NCBI RefSeq assembly: GCF_009914755.1
Contig: NC_060935.1
Strand: one strand, 5' to 3'
Length of the DNA: 64,000 bases
DNA from: the human T2T-CHM13v2.0 reference genome, Homo sapiens
This document shows positions 1 through 14,655 of the stretch, piece after piece (the stretch's first letter is position 1; each line of letters opens with the position of its first letter). The notes under the pieces are model-generated. The model worked only from the letters and a program-made list of their open reading frames with translations, ran no database searches and was not told the DNA's origin. Both the position numbers and the translations under genes were made by a program.

Positions 1-44
1 AGTCCACTTTGTTCTTCTCCTTCCACAGAACAGATAAAGGTTAA

Positions 45-240
45 TATTTATTAAGCACTTACAGTGTACCAAGCACTTTATATCCATTATCTCCGCTGAT
101 TCTCACAGCAACCCTAGAAAGTAATGCTTTTATGCTCTTTACAGAAGAAAAAACAGGCTGAAAGGGGAGGCAATTCACCAGGCCAACTTGCCCCCAGGCC
201 AAGTGACAAGCCAAGATCCCAGCCCCAGCAGCCTGACTCC
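45..240 (-). mobile_element. MIR SINE fragment
   Basis: Reverse-complement MIR core (tttattaagcactt...attctcacagcaaccct...tttacagaagaaaaaacaggctga); boundaries approximate. Confidence 0.6.
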
Positions 241-347
241 ACACTCCTTCTCCTACCCGCATTGAAGTACCCTGCTAGACAGCAACTCTTGTATGGTGTC
301 ACTGGAAAAGCCATCTTTTGCAAGAACACATATGCTGCCGCTCCAAA

Positions 348-940
348 TTGTTTTTAATTGAAATGAAATGCATATAACATATATCAGACATTTTAAAGTA
401 CATAATTCACGGCATTTAGACATTCACAATGTTGTGCAACTGCCACCTCTATCTAGTTTCAAAACATTTTCATCAACCCAAAAGAAAATCAGTATCCACT
501 TGGCAGTCGATCCACACAACCTCTTCCCTCCAGCCCCTGGAAACCATTACTTTGCTTTTTCTCTATCTATGGATTTACCTATTCTGGATAATTTGTATAA
601 ATGGAATCATATAATATGTGGCCTTTGGTGTTTGGTTTCTCTTACAAATAACATGTTCTTGCGGTTTATGCAAGTTGTGGCATACATCTGTACATCATTC
701 CTTTTTATTGCTGAACAACATTCCATTGTACAGATATGGAGATACCACATTTTGTCTATCCATGTATCCACTGATGGACACCTGGCTGAGTTACTTCTAC
801 CTTTTGACTGTCGCTAATAGTGCTGCCATGAAGATTTGGATTCAAGGATTTAAGTCCCTGATCCAATTCTTTTGAGTATATAACTAGGATGGAGTTGCTG
901 GGTCTTATGATCATTCTATGTTTAACTTTTTGAGGAGCCA
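348..940 (-). mobile_element. L1MB-type LINE 3' UTR fragment
   Basis: Matches antisense L1MB 3' end (cattcacaatgttgtgcaac...ggatttacctattctgga...atggaatcatataatatgtggccttt...). Confidence 0.8.
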
Positions 941-2734
941 TGCCTTTTGAAATATTTTTAAAATTTGAAATTCTGCAAAGAAAAGCCAGAAGGAAACTGA
1001 AAACAAAATGCAAACCTCAATGAAATCAAAGGAGATAACCAGTCTCATCTCATTTGAATAAGTTCAAATCTGGGCAGAAGAAATCCAAACAGTACACTTC
1101 TATGTTTTTGAAAGGCTAAGAGAAAAGATATGTAATTCTACCAAATAACTAAGAAGGGGTTGCTGTATCTCCAGGATATTTTTAACAAAAAAATCACACC
1201 TAAGCCAGGGCTCCAGTAGGAGCCATGTGACTGGCTATAAGACTTTTCAACCAAAGAAAACAGTCAAGAGGACAAGCACAGGCCATTAACAGGGGCGGCC
1301 TTCTGTGATCAGAGAAGGCTGAATTCCCGCCCTGGTTCTCATTTTTAGTAAGACCACTCTTCTCTTTGGAAAGATACAAGTCTCTAATGTCAAAAAATGA
1401 CAGCACTCTTTTAAAAACCATCTTGTGTCCCAACCCTTAAAAGACTATTTCTAATTAGTTCTAAACTGTCAGCACTACTTAAGAATGGCTTGCTGGAAAT
1501 TTAGCCTGGGACCAAGGGAAAGATACGAAAGCATCAGAACCAACCCAGGGTGCACATATGCCCTTGTCCTGCATCTGGTGTTTCAGCATTTTTATGAGGC
1601 CTAGTCAGTAATGATCTTAACCAGGAGGACAGTGGCAAGATGGGAATGCAGAGGGACTGTAACAAAGGAGGATGCACGAGTGCCTTTAAATTACATGAAA
1701 AAAAGAAAAGTTATCTGAAGAACACAGAAAGTGAACTACAAATGACAAGACTGAGTCTTTGCATACAAGCAAGACACTGACATGACAGGAATGGCTGGCA
1801 AATCAGGTAATAGGCAAGTGACTTGGCAGCATTCACTGGGCAGGTGTTCAATTAGGCAGGAAGTGGGCTGAAAACAACTCAATTAATTCATTGTGCATGC
1901 CTGTCCAAGAGAACAAGATAAACCTAAAACATCAATGGCAGACCAGAGATTAACTCCACAGCTCCATCTTTTGCAAAAGTAGGGGCTAACAAAGATGCAT
2001 GTGCAAAATATAAAACTACACCAAGATGAGCTCTGGTGAGCTCTTTAAAAGTTCGAACTAAAACCAAGGCAAAGAAGGAAACAAAGCAAGAAGGTGGCTT
2101 ATTATGGATCCAGAAAAGCCATTCCTTTCTCATGAGTGGCTCTCAATGGCCAGCCTCAGATATAGGCAGTCCTCAGTACTTGGGTTGAGAAGTGTGACAG
2201 GTGCAAACACAAACATATTTAAAAAGTCAACAGCAAAGTGATGGGCTCACCCTTACTTGTAATATCCCCTATGTGTGAGGCTCTCCCAAGCTAAGACTTA
2301 ACTCCAATGCCAGACCTATAGTCTGAATACACTAGAAAAAAATATAAAACCATGAGGAGTCATTTGGCAGAGCCAGAAAAAGAAAGCTACACTACGAACA
2401 TAAAATCAAGCAAAGAAAAGCAAAGGTTAGCAGGGCCAACATCTGGCAGAGCCACTATAGGTCCTTACTGGAAAAGGGGACTCAAACCCTTGCAGCCCGG
2501 ATGGCATCGCTCAGGCCTGATGAGAAACAAAGCATGCTGCAGGTGGGGCAGAACGTTTGTACTAGAGGCATCTGGACAACTCCCTTGTTTTAGAGAAAAG
2601 AATCCTGAAGTTTAGGAGTTCAGCAACATACCCAGGGCAACTGTTAGCAACAGCACAGCCAGGTGTATAATTCTGGGCTCCTGGAAAGACCTTCCACTAA
2701 TAATACTGATGATGATAATGATGACGGTAACAAC

Positions 2735-2950
2735 TCTTATTCACTGAAGAGTTTAGGAGCAGACATTGCATTGAGGGTTTTACATGTTACCCCGTTTAAT
2801 CCTCTCAACAACTTACAAGGTAGCAATTCTCTTATTAACCCACTTTACACACAGGGTGCAGAGAGGTTAAGGCACCAAAGTCAAACACCTTGTTGGAAGC
2901 ACAGGCAGGACAGGAACCTAAATCCAGCTAAAAGTTTCTGCTCTTGACCA
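2735..2950 (-). mobile_element. MIR SINE
   Basis: tttaatcctctcaacaac...ccactttacacacagggtgcagagaggttaag resembles antisense MIR core. Confidence 0.55.
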
Positions 2951-3782
2951 TTATACTTAACTATCCCTAAACTATATTGCTTCCAAACAAGGCAGAAAAG
3001 GCTATTTTCAACTAAAGTATAAACCAGCAAGTTTTGACCATTAGATAATTTTTCACATATACTACCTTTTCCTATCAAGATACAAAGACAATCAACACTT
3101 CGGGATATAAAGAACAAAATTATTTTGACTTTAAGGAGAAAGAAGGCTCAAGACTCTCCAGCCTGGAAAAGAGAACTGAACAGAGACCCAGACTTGCAAA
3201 TTAGGGGCTAAAGCCAAAACCAAGTCTCTTTGGGATTTCTGTCCAGTGCCTTTCACCTTCAGCATGTCACGTATTTTCAAGGACTTCGTTCTAAGTGCAC
3301 AGTGGTGCTGCTAGGCTCAGTGAGTGATTTCAGAAATCAGTATTTACCAAATCTTGGAGTTTCCACTAAAATTATCACTGTGTCGACACAAAACCACCAG
3401 TTTAAGCCTATACATTGCTATATTCAGTTTTAGGAAACTGTTGTTTTTGATGAAAATACAAAGCACCTGGCTTTCCTAAGAAATGTCATTTATATTCTCA
3501 GATTCCACATGCAGCCATATCTCTGGAAGATGCTGTTTTCTCTAACTGGCAAAACCAGGACATCTCTTTGTATGCACACACCTGCTCTGTTGCAACATTC
3601 ACTTCCTTTCACTGCCACAGCCAAACCACAGATTAGAGCTACAAGTTTAGATCAAGATCAATAACCATCACAGATCTGCAACTCTAGAAGGGGCTCCTGC
3701 AGTGGGCCTGGCTCCAGCTGGTGCCCTGGGACCCAACATGAGTCACTTAATCTCTCTTAATCATAAAACGAAGGGCAGCAGA

Positions 3783-4020
3783 TAATGCTTACTAACTGCT
3801 TATCAGATGCCAGGCACTGTGCTAAAGCCACTAAACTCGAGCTAACTCATCTAACTGTCACAATACCTGAGGTAGGTACCCTCATCATACCCTGCCTAAA
3901 GATGGACAAAGTCAGGCTTAAAAAAGTTACCCAAAGTCACACAACCATGACACTGCACAAACAGAATTCAAACACAGGTTTCTCAGACTTTAGACCCCAA
4001 GCTCTTAACTATCACACTCG
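3783..4020 (-). mobile_element. MIR SINE
   Basis: tgccaggcactgtgctaa...gaggtaggtac...gttacccaaagtcaca antisense MIR. Confidence 0.6.
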
Positions 4021-5121
4021 GTGTCTTTCTGCTTTCCTCATTCATAAAGCAAGGGTAAGAATACCTGTCATTTCCTTGCAGAGACAGTATTCTGCAAATT
4101 GTCCTTAACATCATTCTGACTATTCTTCCAGTCTGAGGGGTGAACTGTTACAAATTCTCCCAGACAGACCAACCAATCAGCTAAGCACTCAGTACTGGAC
4201 TAAGGATGAAGGGAACATAAAAGAGAGAACATCCCTGCCGCCAAGGACTTCGCAATCTAGCCAATACCAATCGAAGCTATAATCTCTCTCAGATATTTTG
4301 ATCATTGATCCACAGTCAGAAGTGTATTTCTATTATGGCCTGGGAGGGATGCACCTACACACAGCCTTACTGTGTGTCACACATTGTTATTTTTCACTGT
4401 TCTATTTCATTTAAAAATGTATCAACCCACTAAATCAATTCTCTGACTGTGGATTGTGATTAACAGTTTGAAAAGCCCCAACTCTAGCCCCTTTTTGGCA
4501 CAAACTTTAAAACAAAACAAAAAAATGTCAGGAAGTTCTTCCTCAGACTAGTTTAAGTTTCTTGGGCTATCGGGTTAATTGGATTTGTGTCGCTGAATAT
4601 GTCCTCAGTGGCAGATGCACCAGCATATCCGATCTGTGAAGGGTATAAAAAGTGGACTCCTGCAGGCCCACATTCAAATGCTGACTCTCTGGCATGTTAG
4701 CTATGTGACTTCTCCAGATCTTGGTCTATAAAACAGAAGATAATTCCACTCACCCCTCTGGCTTGTTACAAGGGACCTACCTGGTACTGGTTCTGTCTTT
4801 CTCAGCAGAGGGGCTGTGGGCATGGGAGGAAGGGAGACAAGTCTGGTCATGTGGCACGACCAGTTTACGCAACACAAGACCTGTGGTAGCCAATTCCACC
4901 CCTCGGCCTGCTACCATGTTAAGTGATTCGAAATCCTTCAAATCTTTTATGCAGGCATCCATTGTATTCCACATGGAAGTACAATAAATAAGATGCCTAA
5001 GATATAACAGGGCATAGGCCAAGTCTCCGCCATTGTAGAGCTTGCTGTTAATCTAGGCAGGTGGCCAGGTAAACAGGTAACTGTAACTGACCGCACCAGG
5101 TGGTATAACATAAGTCTGGGA

Positions 5122-5159
5122 GTCTGATGAGAGAGTGTCTGATGAGAGAGTGTCTCATG
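5122..5159. repeat. 15-bp tandem duplication (about 2.5 copies)
   Basis: gtctgatgagagagt at 5122 and 5137, then gtctcatg. Confidence 0.9.
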
Positions 5160-5565
5160 CAGGGAAGTCTAGTCCTTGATCCCATTTGCAATTCCCTTAG
5201 TGTCAAAAACCACACCTTGCAAACTTCTAATTTATAACACATAAAGACTTAAAAACCACTACCACCACACTGAGGACAAGAATCCTTGTCTGTAGCCACA
5301 GCAATAAGAGGGCTATCAACTCCAGTTCTATCTCCCCTACGAGATGCTAAGTTCCTTGAGACCTGAAGTAAGAGAATTGCTCAAGATCACACAGCAAATA
5401 CACAAAATTGGAAACCCCAAAGATCAAAAATTGCAGGTCACTTTGCTGGTTCCTCTGGAATTTCCCCTATACTTGTCTAGGCTCAAACATAAAAACTAAT
5501 GTGGAAGGGAGAGAGAGGAGAAGGGAAAAAAGGTCTGTCACTAGGTGACCAAAAATGTAAGAGCT

Positions 5566-5741
5566 GGCCAAGCACGGTGGCTCATGCCTGTAATCCCAGC
5601 ACTTTGGGAGGGCCGAGGTAGGAGGATTGCCTGTCCCAGCTACTCAGGAGAATTTCCTGAGCTCAGGAGATGAGCTGTGATCACGCCACTGCACTCCAGC
5701 CTGGGTTACAGAGTGAGACCCTGTCTCAAAAAAAACAAAAA
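5566..5741 (+). mobile_element. Internally deleted Alu (J-like)
   Basis: Left-arm start joined to right-arm pieces, ending gagaccctgtctcaaaaa. Confidence 0.85.
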
Positions 5742-5788
5742 GACTTACCCACTAGACGCTGATTAGGTCTTTGAAGAGGTGAGACCAC

Positions 5789-6102
<314 letters not shown>

Positions 6103-7486
6103 TTAAGTCTTTTCAAGATAATTATACAATCAGTGAAAGTGTGTGTGCTAAAAGTGCTGACACGTCCAATATGTAAATTTAAAATACCCCGCTTTCTAAA
6201 ATCGTGTTTTGGCATTTCCTCATTTTTAAAAATACTGGGCATTTCTGAGAGGCTGTGTGGTTAACATGGACTTCCTTAGTTTTGGTTTCCAGTAAATGAA
6301 GCATATATCAGCACCCCATTCCAAAACCAAAAGAATGAGAAAACCTTGGAAAGATTCTAGCTGAAACAGGGTTTTTAAGCTTCATCCTCTCCTTCTTGTT
6401 TTGGGGGAGGAAGTGTGCAGGGAAGATCAGTTACTAATGCCCTTCAGGGGAGGGGAGTTTCTCAGGCCTCAACCTCTGTAGCTGAGATCTGTATTTTCTT
6501 CAAGCCATCCTGGTTGAAAAATAAAAACAAGCGATTACAACACATTGAGCCTGGGTGATCTCACATACACTATCTCATATATATCTTACCACAGCCTCTT
6601 TTAGATTGTACTATCATCACCAATTTATAGGACACAGACTCAGAAAGGTTCAGTAACCAGCTCAGGCTCACAAAGCCAGGAAACGGCCGGGAGGGAACCT
6701 AGGATGGGACCACACATTCCTGAGGGAGAAGAGAACCCTACTGTGTACACGATCCCCAGGGCATTTGAAGAGGGCATTCTTTCACTTTCGGAATACAAGC
6801 TGATTTTAAACAGGCATCTTCTCGGTTGTGTTTTATGAAACTTACAGGGGAAGCTATGGTATAGAAGTATGCTACCTAAGAGTGACTTCCCTTAAGAATC
6901 CCCATCTGTAAAATGGAGATGATGACGACCACTCCCTGGGAGCACTGGACAAGACTTTCTGGGCAAAGTCCTGAAAACTCTGACACTCCACAAACACAAA
7001 TGACCTGGAGCAGCAGCATTACTGCCAGGCCCCTGGAAGTAGCTTATGGGGACAAACTGAAGAGAAAGGCAAAACACACACTCCCCGCTACAAAAGTGCT
7101 TAGTCCTCCAAAATGCAGGGAAGGCACGGAGTACTGATGATGAGGAATGGTGGGTCAACAGCCAGTGCACACAGAGGAGGTGGTGCATCCAATGCGTTCC
7201 CCACCTATGTTAACTCACAGATCTCGCCTGCTCACTGCACTCATCCAAGGTCTTGGGCAAGGACCCACAGAAAAATAGTGAAACAGGAAAAAAATCCAAC
7301 AAAGGGTATAAACTCAGAATTCTGTGATCCAGTCACACCAGAGTGACATCATAAAACATAACTCCAGTTCCACAAAGACAGATGCTTCCCTGGGCTGGGC
7401 GGCCCACATCCCCAACACCCACAGCTGGCCTCTACTCAGAGGAAGGTTGCACTCAACCCACAATGGGCCAAGGAGCCACTACTGTA

Positions 7487-7575
7487 CTGCCACTCCCAGC
7501 TGTGGTCAGAATACCCTCTCCCAGGGCTCCTGCTGCCACTTCCAGCTGTGGCCAGAACACCTCCCAGGGCTCCTG
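7487..7575. repeat. About 46-bp imperfect tandem duplication
   Basis: ctgccactYccagctgtggYcagaaYac...ctcccagggctcct at 7487 and 7533. Confidence 0.85.
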
Positions 7576-7589
7576 AGACCACTGTGCTA

Positions 7590-7800
7590 TGCAGCAAAAG
7601 GCCACACTCTGATCAGAAGATCTTACGTTTGAATCTCAAGCACTGCTACTTACACACTGGGTCTGTCAGCAAATTACTGCCCCACTGATTCTCAGGTCTT
7701 TTCCTCTGTAAAATGGAGAAAATAATAACCACTTTCTGAGCTTGTTGTGAGGATTAAATGAGATAATCTGCATAAAAGGCAAGGCACACAGCAACTGAAG
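7590..7800 (+). mobile_element. MIR SINE
   Basis: tctgtaaaatggagaaaataataa...gttgtgaggattaaatgag MIR core. Confidence 0.65.
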
Positions 7801-9866
7801 CTATTATCCAACTTGAAGCAGAGGCCAGCTAATATTGGGTAAAAATTAAATTTGATTCCTTGAAAGAAAAAAGTTCCATAGAGTTAGTGAGGATCAGCAA
7901 TTTTCAGAAAATTTAAGGAAGTGAGGTGGAAAAATTCCACTCCCCCCATTCCTAAAGGGTTTTGAAGCCCACCCACTCCTGGCTCTCCTGCAGGAATAGA
8001 GAACTGCAGTGTCTCCAGACTCTTCCCACTTTATAAATACACCCTACGACCAACCAGAGAGTGCTTGCTGCCAAACTCCTGGGCAAACGCGACCAACAGG
8101 ATTGGACCCGGAAATTAGATGTCCAAGCAGCCCAGTCATACTCAATTCAAAATAGATATCTGTGACCTACTTAGTCTTCGAGTACCATTCTCAAAGCCAA
8201 AAAACAAGACAGGGCCACTGACTTCAGCAGAGCCCTGCATGGGCCCCTGCTTTCCTGTCAGATGAAACGTGCACTGCAACAGTGATGACTCAAGAAATTA
8301 TCTCAGGATAGCTGGACAGAAACCCCAGCTTGGAAAGAGCTGATTCAAACAGTTGTGAAAAAGCAAAAAGTCACAGAAGTCCTGCCAACAGTTTATCCTC
8401 TCTGACTATCCCCAATAATCCATCTTCATCCACTTGGACTGAGGGTTACACCTCTCATGACAGGGACTTCTCAAGCTGTCTATCCCTAACACTCATATTG
8501 GTTTGAGTATACATATCTTCCCATAAAACAAGGGATTCTGCCTACTGTACCTTGATGTTCTACAAAGCATCAAGCACAGAAAGGGTCCAATGAAGAGCAA
8601 GCACCACCCAAGGGGGACCCCCTCCCCTCCCCAGGGGCAGACCACCAGGTTCCAGCCCACTCACACGCTTGGCTGCTCAAGATTAGAGAACAGAAACAGA
8701 CAAATATTTGCTAAAAAAAAAAAAAAAATTAGGAAGACAAACAAGACCAGGGAAAGTTGCTGTGTACTTTCAACCACCGCAGTTACAGAATGATCTCCTA
8801 AATTACAACTCATTTCACCAAAGAGATGAGAGTTTTGGGGAGAGTGAATCCAAGGAATTTGGCAGGGACAAATTCCAGTGAAATCCTAGAGCATTCAGCA
8901 CTAGGCAGTACAACACCAGGTAGACAGTGGAACATTATACTTCACCAGTGAAGCGATGGTAGAGGAAACAAGCTGCTGCCAAAAACAAAAATGAAATAAA
9001 GCAAACCTGCTGCTCTTCACATCCGCATCCATCCTCCTCACATCTCCAAGGTCAGCCCCACTGTTCTCACGCACCATTGTACACTCAAAATTCTCATCAG
9101 AGAAACTTCCTTGAGAGCCCTGTGGTTTCCTCAGCACTTTTTCCCTACATCATGACATTTAATCATCACCACCATCCTGGGAGGCAGGTGGAACAGGCAT
9201 TTTTATCACTCCCTGAGAAATGAGGAAATGGAAGCCTAAGTATGTCTACCACACGGCACAATCAGGACTAAAGTACAGACTAATTCCCAAGTTCAATGTG
9301 TGTTCTCCAAAATAACCCAGACCTGACAAGGCCACATATCTGAGCTCTAGGCCATTGCCCTTTCCACTGCACTGCTGAGGACCTTCTAGAGACAGAATTC
9401 CGACACACAACCCTCTCAGTACAGCAGCCCACTCTTCAACCTTCTCAAGACACAACAGAGCTCACAAACCAACCTTGGCAACCGCTGACAGGCAGCACCT
9501 GCGTCAGCCACACACCCTAAATCGGGCTGACCACCACCTCACTGGCAAACACAATCCAACCCCTAGAGTTTCAAAAAAGAGACATACACTAGCAAATGGC
9601 TTTCTACTGTCAAATGGTGGGCAGAGGCAGAAGAGTGATCATGGACTCCAACTGTTATATACCACAGATCCCAGGAACCTGGGACCTTTCTGAGTATGTC
9701 AGTTCTGGGTTCAAATCCTGCCTCTGAAGCTGACTAGCTCTGTGACTTTGGGCAGGTAGCTTTGTTTCTGTAAGTCTCAGCGTCCTCATTTATCACATAA
9801 GGGGTTCCAAAAAAAAATCTCTCAGGGGATGTGGTTAAGGCCACAAAACTATACACTTAAAAATAG

Positions 9867-10173
<307 letters not shown>

Positions 10174-10235
10174 TAAAAAAGCAATTTTTACGTATATTTC
10201 ACCACAATAACAAAAATTAGGTTAATATTTGTTTG

Positions 10236-10350
10236 CTTTTAAGAAACAGGATGGGTTTTGCTATGTAGCCCTCAAACTCCTGGGTTCAGGTGATCTTCCC
10301 AACTCAGCCTCCTGAGTAGCTGGGCCTATAGGTACAAGTCACCACACCCA
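10236..10350 (-). mobile_element. Partial Alu monomer
   Basis: aactcctgggttcaggtgatcttcccaactcagcctcctgagtagctggg. Confidence 0.8.
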
Positions 10351-11947
10351 GTATATTTTGTTTTTTTAAAATAGGAATGTCATAGGTTCACAGTGAGAAT
10401 TAAATAAGATACTGTAATGGCAAGTTCTTACATTGTCTGGCACATACTAAATCCTAATAAATAATAATTAATTATCATTAATAATTTTAATAGTTATAAA
10501 GACAGTACATGCTCATTGTAAAAAAAATGCTTAAAAAGCCCTCCTATAATATGAAAATCCAGAGATGACCACTAAAATAAAGTACTTTATGGTCTTTTTC
10601 CTACACATAGATATTTCTTAACAAATTTGGAATGTAATTGATATAAAATTTTGTAGTTATGATCCATTCTTTTCTGCCTTACTTATAAATACAAAAACTT
10701 CTCACAACATCATCCAGAAATAAAAAGCCTTTGTTCAAGGAAAGGATAAAAAGTTGTGTGAAACTTGAGAAAAGAACAAGGAGATCAGGTTGAGCAACTG
10801 GAGACAACCGCCTCCAGAGCCAGAATGGAGATTTAGCCAAATCCTCCACCACCTGCTCGTCTCTGCCTCCAAGTTGGCCCAGAAAGCAAGAACTCTGGGG
10901 GTCTGGCCAGACAGGCCATCAGGGAGCACCAGGGCTGAAGCATGTTGAGTTCTGGGGAAGCCCTGTATTTATCAGGCTGGCTGGGATAAAAAGTTCATGT
11001 TCCCTGTGCCTAAACCGGCTCTACCTTCCAGGAGCTCGCACTGTGACCAGGGAGACAGGTGCAAGGGGCTGCCCAGAGTGGGTGGAGAGGTGAAGGGAGA
11101 CCCCCATGCCAATCATTTCATCCAACCCTCTAGGTTAAAGATGAGAGAACTGAGGCCCAGGGAGGCAAGTAACTTATCGAAGGCAGCAGTGATGAAATCA
11201 GAACTTAATGTTCCAGTACCAATCTGGATACCAGAAGACCAACTTCTCAGGGTTCTAAGTGAAATCACAGCATGCCGCCTACTCAGAGCCCAGCAAAGAT
11301 GCCAGGGCCCACATCCAATACATCCTGTCCATCAACAAGTACGTATTTACTAGATGTTGGGGGCATGTCAGCAGAGACAAAAGCCACCCCTGGGCATAGG
11401 ACAAGGAGGCTGTCTTATGGGAGGGGAACACGTGGAGCCCTGTCTGGCTCCCACTCGTGGGCAAGGCCTTTCTGTTCTAACTATAACAAGGAAGCAAAGC
11501 CTGCCTCCACAGATTCTGAAGGAACACTACCTGAGTCAAAACTTCCTGTAGCACTCTGGCAGAGAAAGGCTGTGCAATTTAAAAGGCAGTTCCTCTAAGG
11601 AAGCTCTTTTGATGTGCTAAGGAAAGAACACCCTAAAAATAACTTCTGGAATTACACACTCACAAAACACATTTGTAACACTCACTTTTCTAGCTAGGAA
11701 TCATCTTCACAACTTTCATTTTGGATGGGTGTGTTTTGTTTGGGAGGAAGGAGGGGCCCCAAAGGCAACTCCTGAAACACTACGGAAGAGCAGCTGCTCC
11801 TGGCACTGGAGAATTCTATTTTCATCTCCACTTACACATAATTATCTTCTAAAGCGATGCTCCCCAGAGGGGTCACAATGACATCGGCCTCCCAGATAAC
11901 CTCCCCAAGCAGGCTGCTTCTGGCACTATCTTGGTAAGTGGAGGCAG

Positions 11948-12013
11948 GAGAGTCTGAAATCAGGCCCCCGCACAGCCCAGAGAGAGTCTGAAATCAGGCC
12001 CCCATATAGCCCA
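11948..12013. repeat. 34-bp tandem duplication
   Basis: gagagtctgaaatcaggccccc at 11948 and 11982. Confidence 0.9.
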
Positions 12014-13420
12014 CTTCCCCCGAGCCCTCATTACACAAGGGCCAGGCCCCTTCCTTTGGAGGCAAAAAGGAAATTAAATGTCAACCAAATAAGGATATTT
12101 CCCTTTAACTCCAAGGCCAAGGAATCTGAAGTAGTGATTCCCCCAGTAACTGGGCAAACTGAACCGACGACACAGGCCACAGACCAGCAGGCCAGGCCCG
12201 CTGAGGGCCAGCCTCCGCCTGGAGTTCCTTCTTCTTTTTAATGACCAATACTCAGATTGCAGGCTGAAGTGTTTTTATGACAAATAAGAACAACAATGTG
12301 TGAACACTTTGTAGGCCAGTAACAAGGCTGGCAGCAGAGGGCCCTGGGCCCACGTACCAAGACCACACAGCCATCTACTCACTGTCTCCAAAGGTCCTCT
12401 TGGATGTTCCTCCCTGTCCCACATTTTCAAGGCCAAATGTGGCCTGCTGACCAGGAGAGCTGACTCAACTCTTTTCACAGCATAGTGATTTTATACACAG
12501 AAGAATCCTGGAAGCCCAGAAGAATCCACATAGCTTGCACACTGACCTTGGCATTTTCTAAATCTACCCAGGTTAAAGACCACCTGAATGGCAGGCATGG
12601 CGTTCACCAGGCAGGCCCAAGGCTGAAGGGGTCGTGGGGGGAAGAGCCCACCAGTTCACACGTGTGAGGCCCTGCAGCTCACAGCAGGGCAGCTAAGCAC
12701 ACAGTTTCCTAGCAATTCCTGCCACCACAGCCTTGTCTGTTTGCTCTCTCTTCTTCGTGTTTGTGGTTTATGTGTGGGTGGGTGGGTAGGTGAAAAGCAT
12801 ACAGAAAGGAAAGGGTGGTGGATCAAGGGTCAGTACAGCACTAACATTTTTTAAAAACCTGCCTAGAAACAGCTGCTGCAAAATATCTAGGCACACACAC
12901 AGCTCAGCTACATCCATCTGAACTTAGAAAAGTCCTCAATGAGCTGGCCCACACTACCTGCTTTCATTCATGCTCACAGGCACAACAGTGGCTCCCATCT
13001 TACTAGAACAAAGGCCACAGTCCACGCAAAGAAGGACCTCTTGATCCTCATCCTCTTCTTTACTCCCAACCTCTCCCTTTCCTCCCCTGACACAATGGAC
13101 TCAAATTGTACTGTCCCTACACTTCAGGGCCTCTGCCTGTGCTGTCCCCTTCACACAGAATCCTCTTCCTCCACACAGCAGCTCCTCCCTCTCTCCCCCT
13201 TCTCCAGCCCCAAGTGCACACATTCCTTCTCAGCAAAGCCCTCCTTGACCACCTCACCTTCCCCTCTGCTGCGGGACTCTTCCAGTTTTTCAGCAGTCAC
13301 CAATATCTCACATACCACCTGGACAGAACAGAGTCCCAAAAAACTCATGTCCACCTGGAACCTCAGAATATGAGCTTATTTAGAAATAGGGTCTTTGCAG
13401 ATATAATATTTTAAGATGAG

Positions 13421-14014
13421 TGTGATGGTTAATTTCATGTGTCAACTTGACTGGGCCATGGGTGCCCAGACTTTTGGCCAAAGATTATTCCTTGTATGTC
13501 TGTGAGGATGTTTTCTGGATACAATTAACATTTGAATGGGTAGACTGAATAAAGCAGAATGCCTTCCCTCATCTGGGTGGACTTCATCTAATCAAATGAA
13601 GATCTGAACAGAACAAACAGCCTGAGTAAGAGGGAACTCCTCTTGCAGTGTATGTAAGCTTGAGCTGGGACATTGGTCTTTTCTGCCTTTGGACTGACCT
13701 GAACTGAGAAACTGGCTCTTCCTGGGTCTCAAGCCTGCTGGCTTTTGGACTAGAACTTACACCATTGGCTCTTCTGGAACTCAAGGTCTCAGTACCTGGA
13801 TTGGAACTGACACCATTGGCTCTCCTGGGTCTCAAGGCCTCAGTACTTGGATTGGAACTTACACCATTGGCTCTCTGGGGTCTCAAACTTGCTGACTGCA
13901 GCTCTTAGGACTTCTTAACCTTCATAACCATGTGAGCCAACACCTTATAATGAATCTCTTTATATACATACACATAACCCTATTGGTTCTGTTTCTCTGC
14001 AGAACTCTAACACA
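13421..14014 (+). mobile_element. MLT2 (ERVL) solo LTR with internal 51-bp tandem repeat
   Basis: Starts tgtgatggttaatttcatgtgtcaacttgac, ends ...aacaca; 5-bp TSD atgag at 13416-13420 and 14015-14019; 51-bp units start at 13747, 13798, 13849. Confidence 0.88.
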
Positions 14015-14027
14015 ATGAGGTCATACT

Positions 14028-14133
14028 GATGCATAGTAATGTGCACACAGGTAACACTAATTAATATATTGTACACTTAAAAATGGTTAAGATGGTAAAT
14101 TTTATGGGGTTTTTTGCCACAGTTTTAAAAAAA
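14028..14133 (+). mobile_element. Very short L1M 3' end with A-tail
   Basis: ttgtacacttaaaaatggttaagatggtaaattttatg...ccacagttttaaaaaaa; gtcatact repeated at 14020 and 14588. Confidence 0.7.
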
Positions 14134-14139
14134 GGCAGT

Positions 14140-14587
14140 TGTGAAAGGAAAATAAATCTTGGGGCCCCCAAATCACTAAGCTAAAGGGAAAAGTCAAGCT
14201 GGGAACTGCTTAGGCAAACCTGCCTCCCTTTCTTTTCAAAGTCGCCCCTCTGCTCCCTGAGATAAATGCATATCTGCTTGCTTCCTTTGGAGAGGCTAAT
14301 CAGAAACTCAGAAGAATGCAACCATTTGTCTCTTATCTACCTATAAGCTGGAAGCCCCTGCCCCATTTCGAGTTGTCCCACCTTTCTGGACCAAATCAAT
14401 GTTCATCTTACATACACTGATTGTCTCATATCTCCCTAAAATGTATAAAACCAAGCTGTGCTCAGACCCCCTTGGGCACATGTCATCAGGACCTTCTGAG
14501 GCTGTGTCACAGGTGCATGTCACAGGCGCATGTCAAAATAAACTCCCTAAACTGATTGAGACCTGTCTCAGATATTCAGAGTTCACA
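14140..14587 (+). mobile_element. MER4A-like ERV1 solo LTR
   Basis: tgtgaaaggaaaataaatcttgggg...ctaaagggaaaagtcaagctgggaactgc; termini tgtgaa...ttcaca are inverted repeats. Confidence 0.85.
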
Positions 14588-14655
14588 GTCATACTAGAAT
14601 AGGGTGGGCCCTAATCCAATGACTAGTGTCCTTATAAGAAAACAGAGACACACAC

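Noticed and set aside
5643-5668. 14-bp palindrome tcctgagctcagga
   Set aside because: Within a rearranged Alu, close to consensus cttgagcccaggag; no sign of independent function.
13747-13886. Regularly spaced repeats as a CRISPR-like array (also 54656-54808)
   Set aside because: No unique spacers, eukaryotic context, no cas genes; both lie inside transposon relics.
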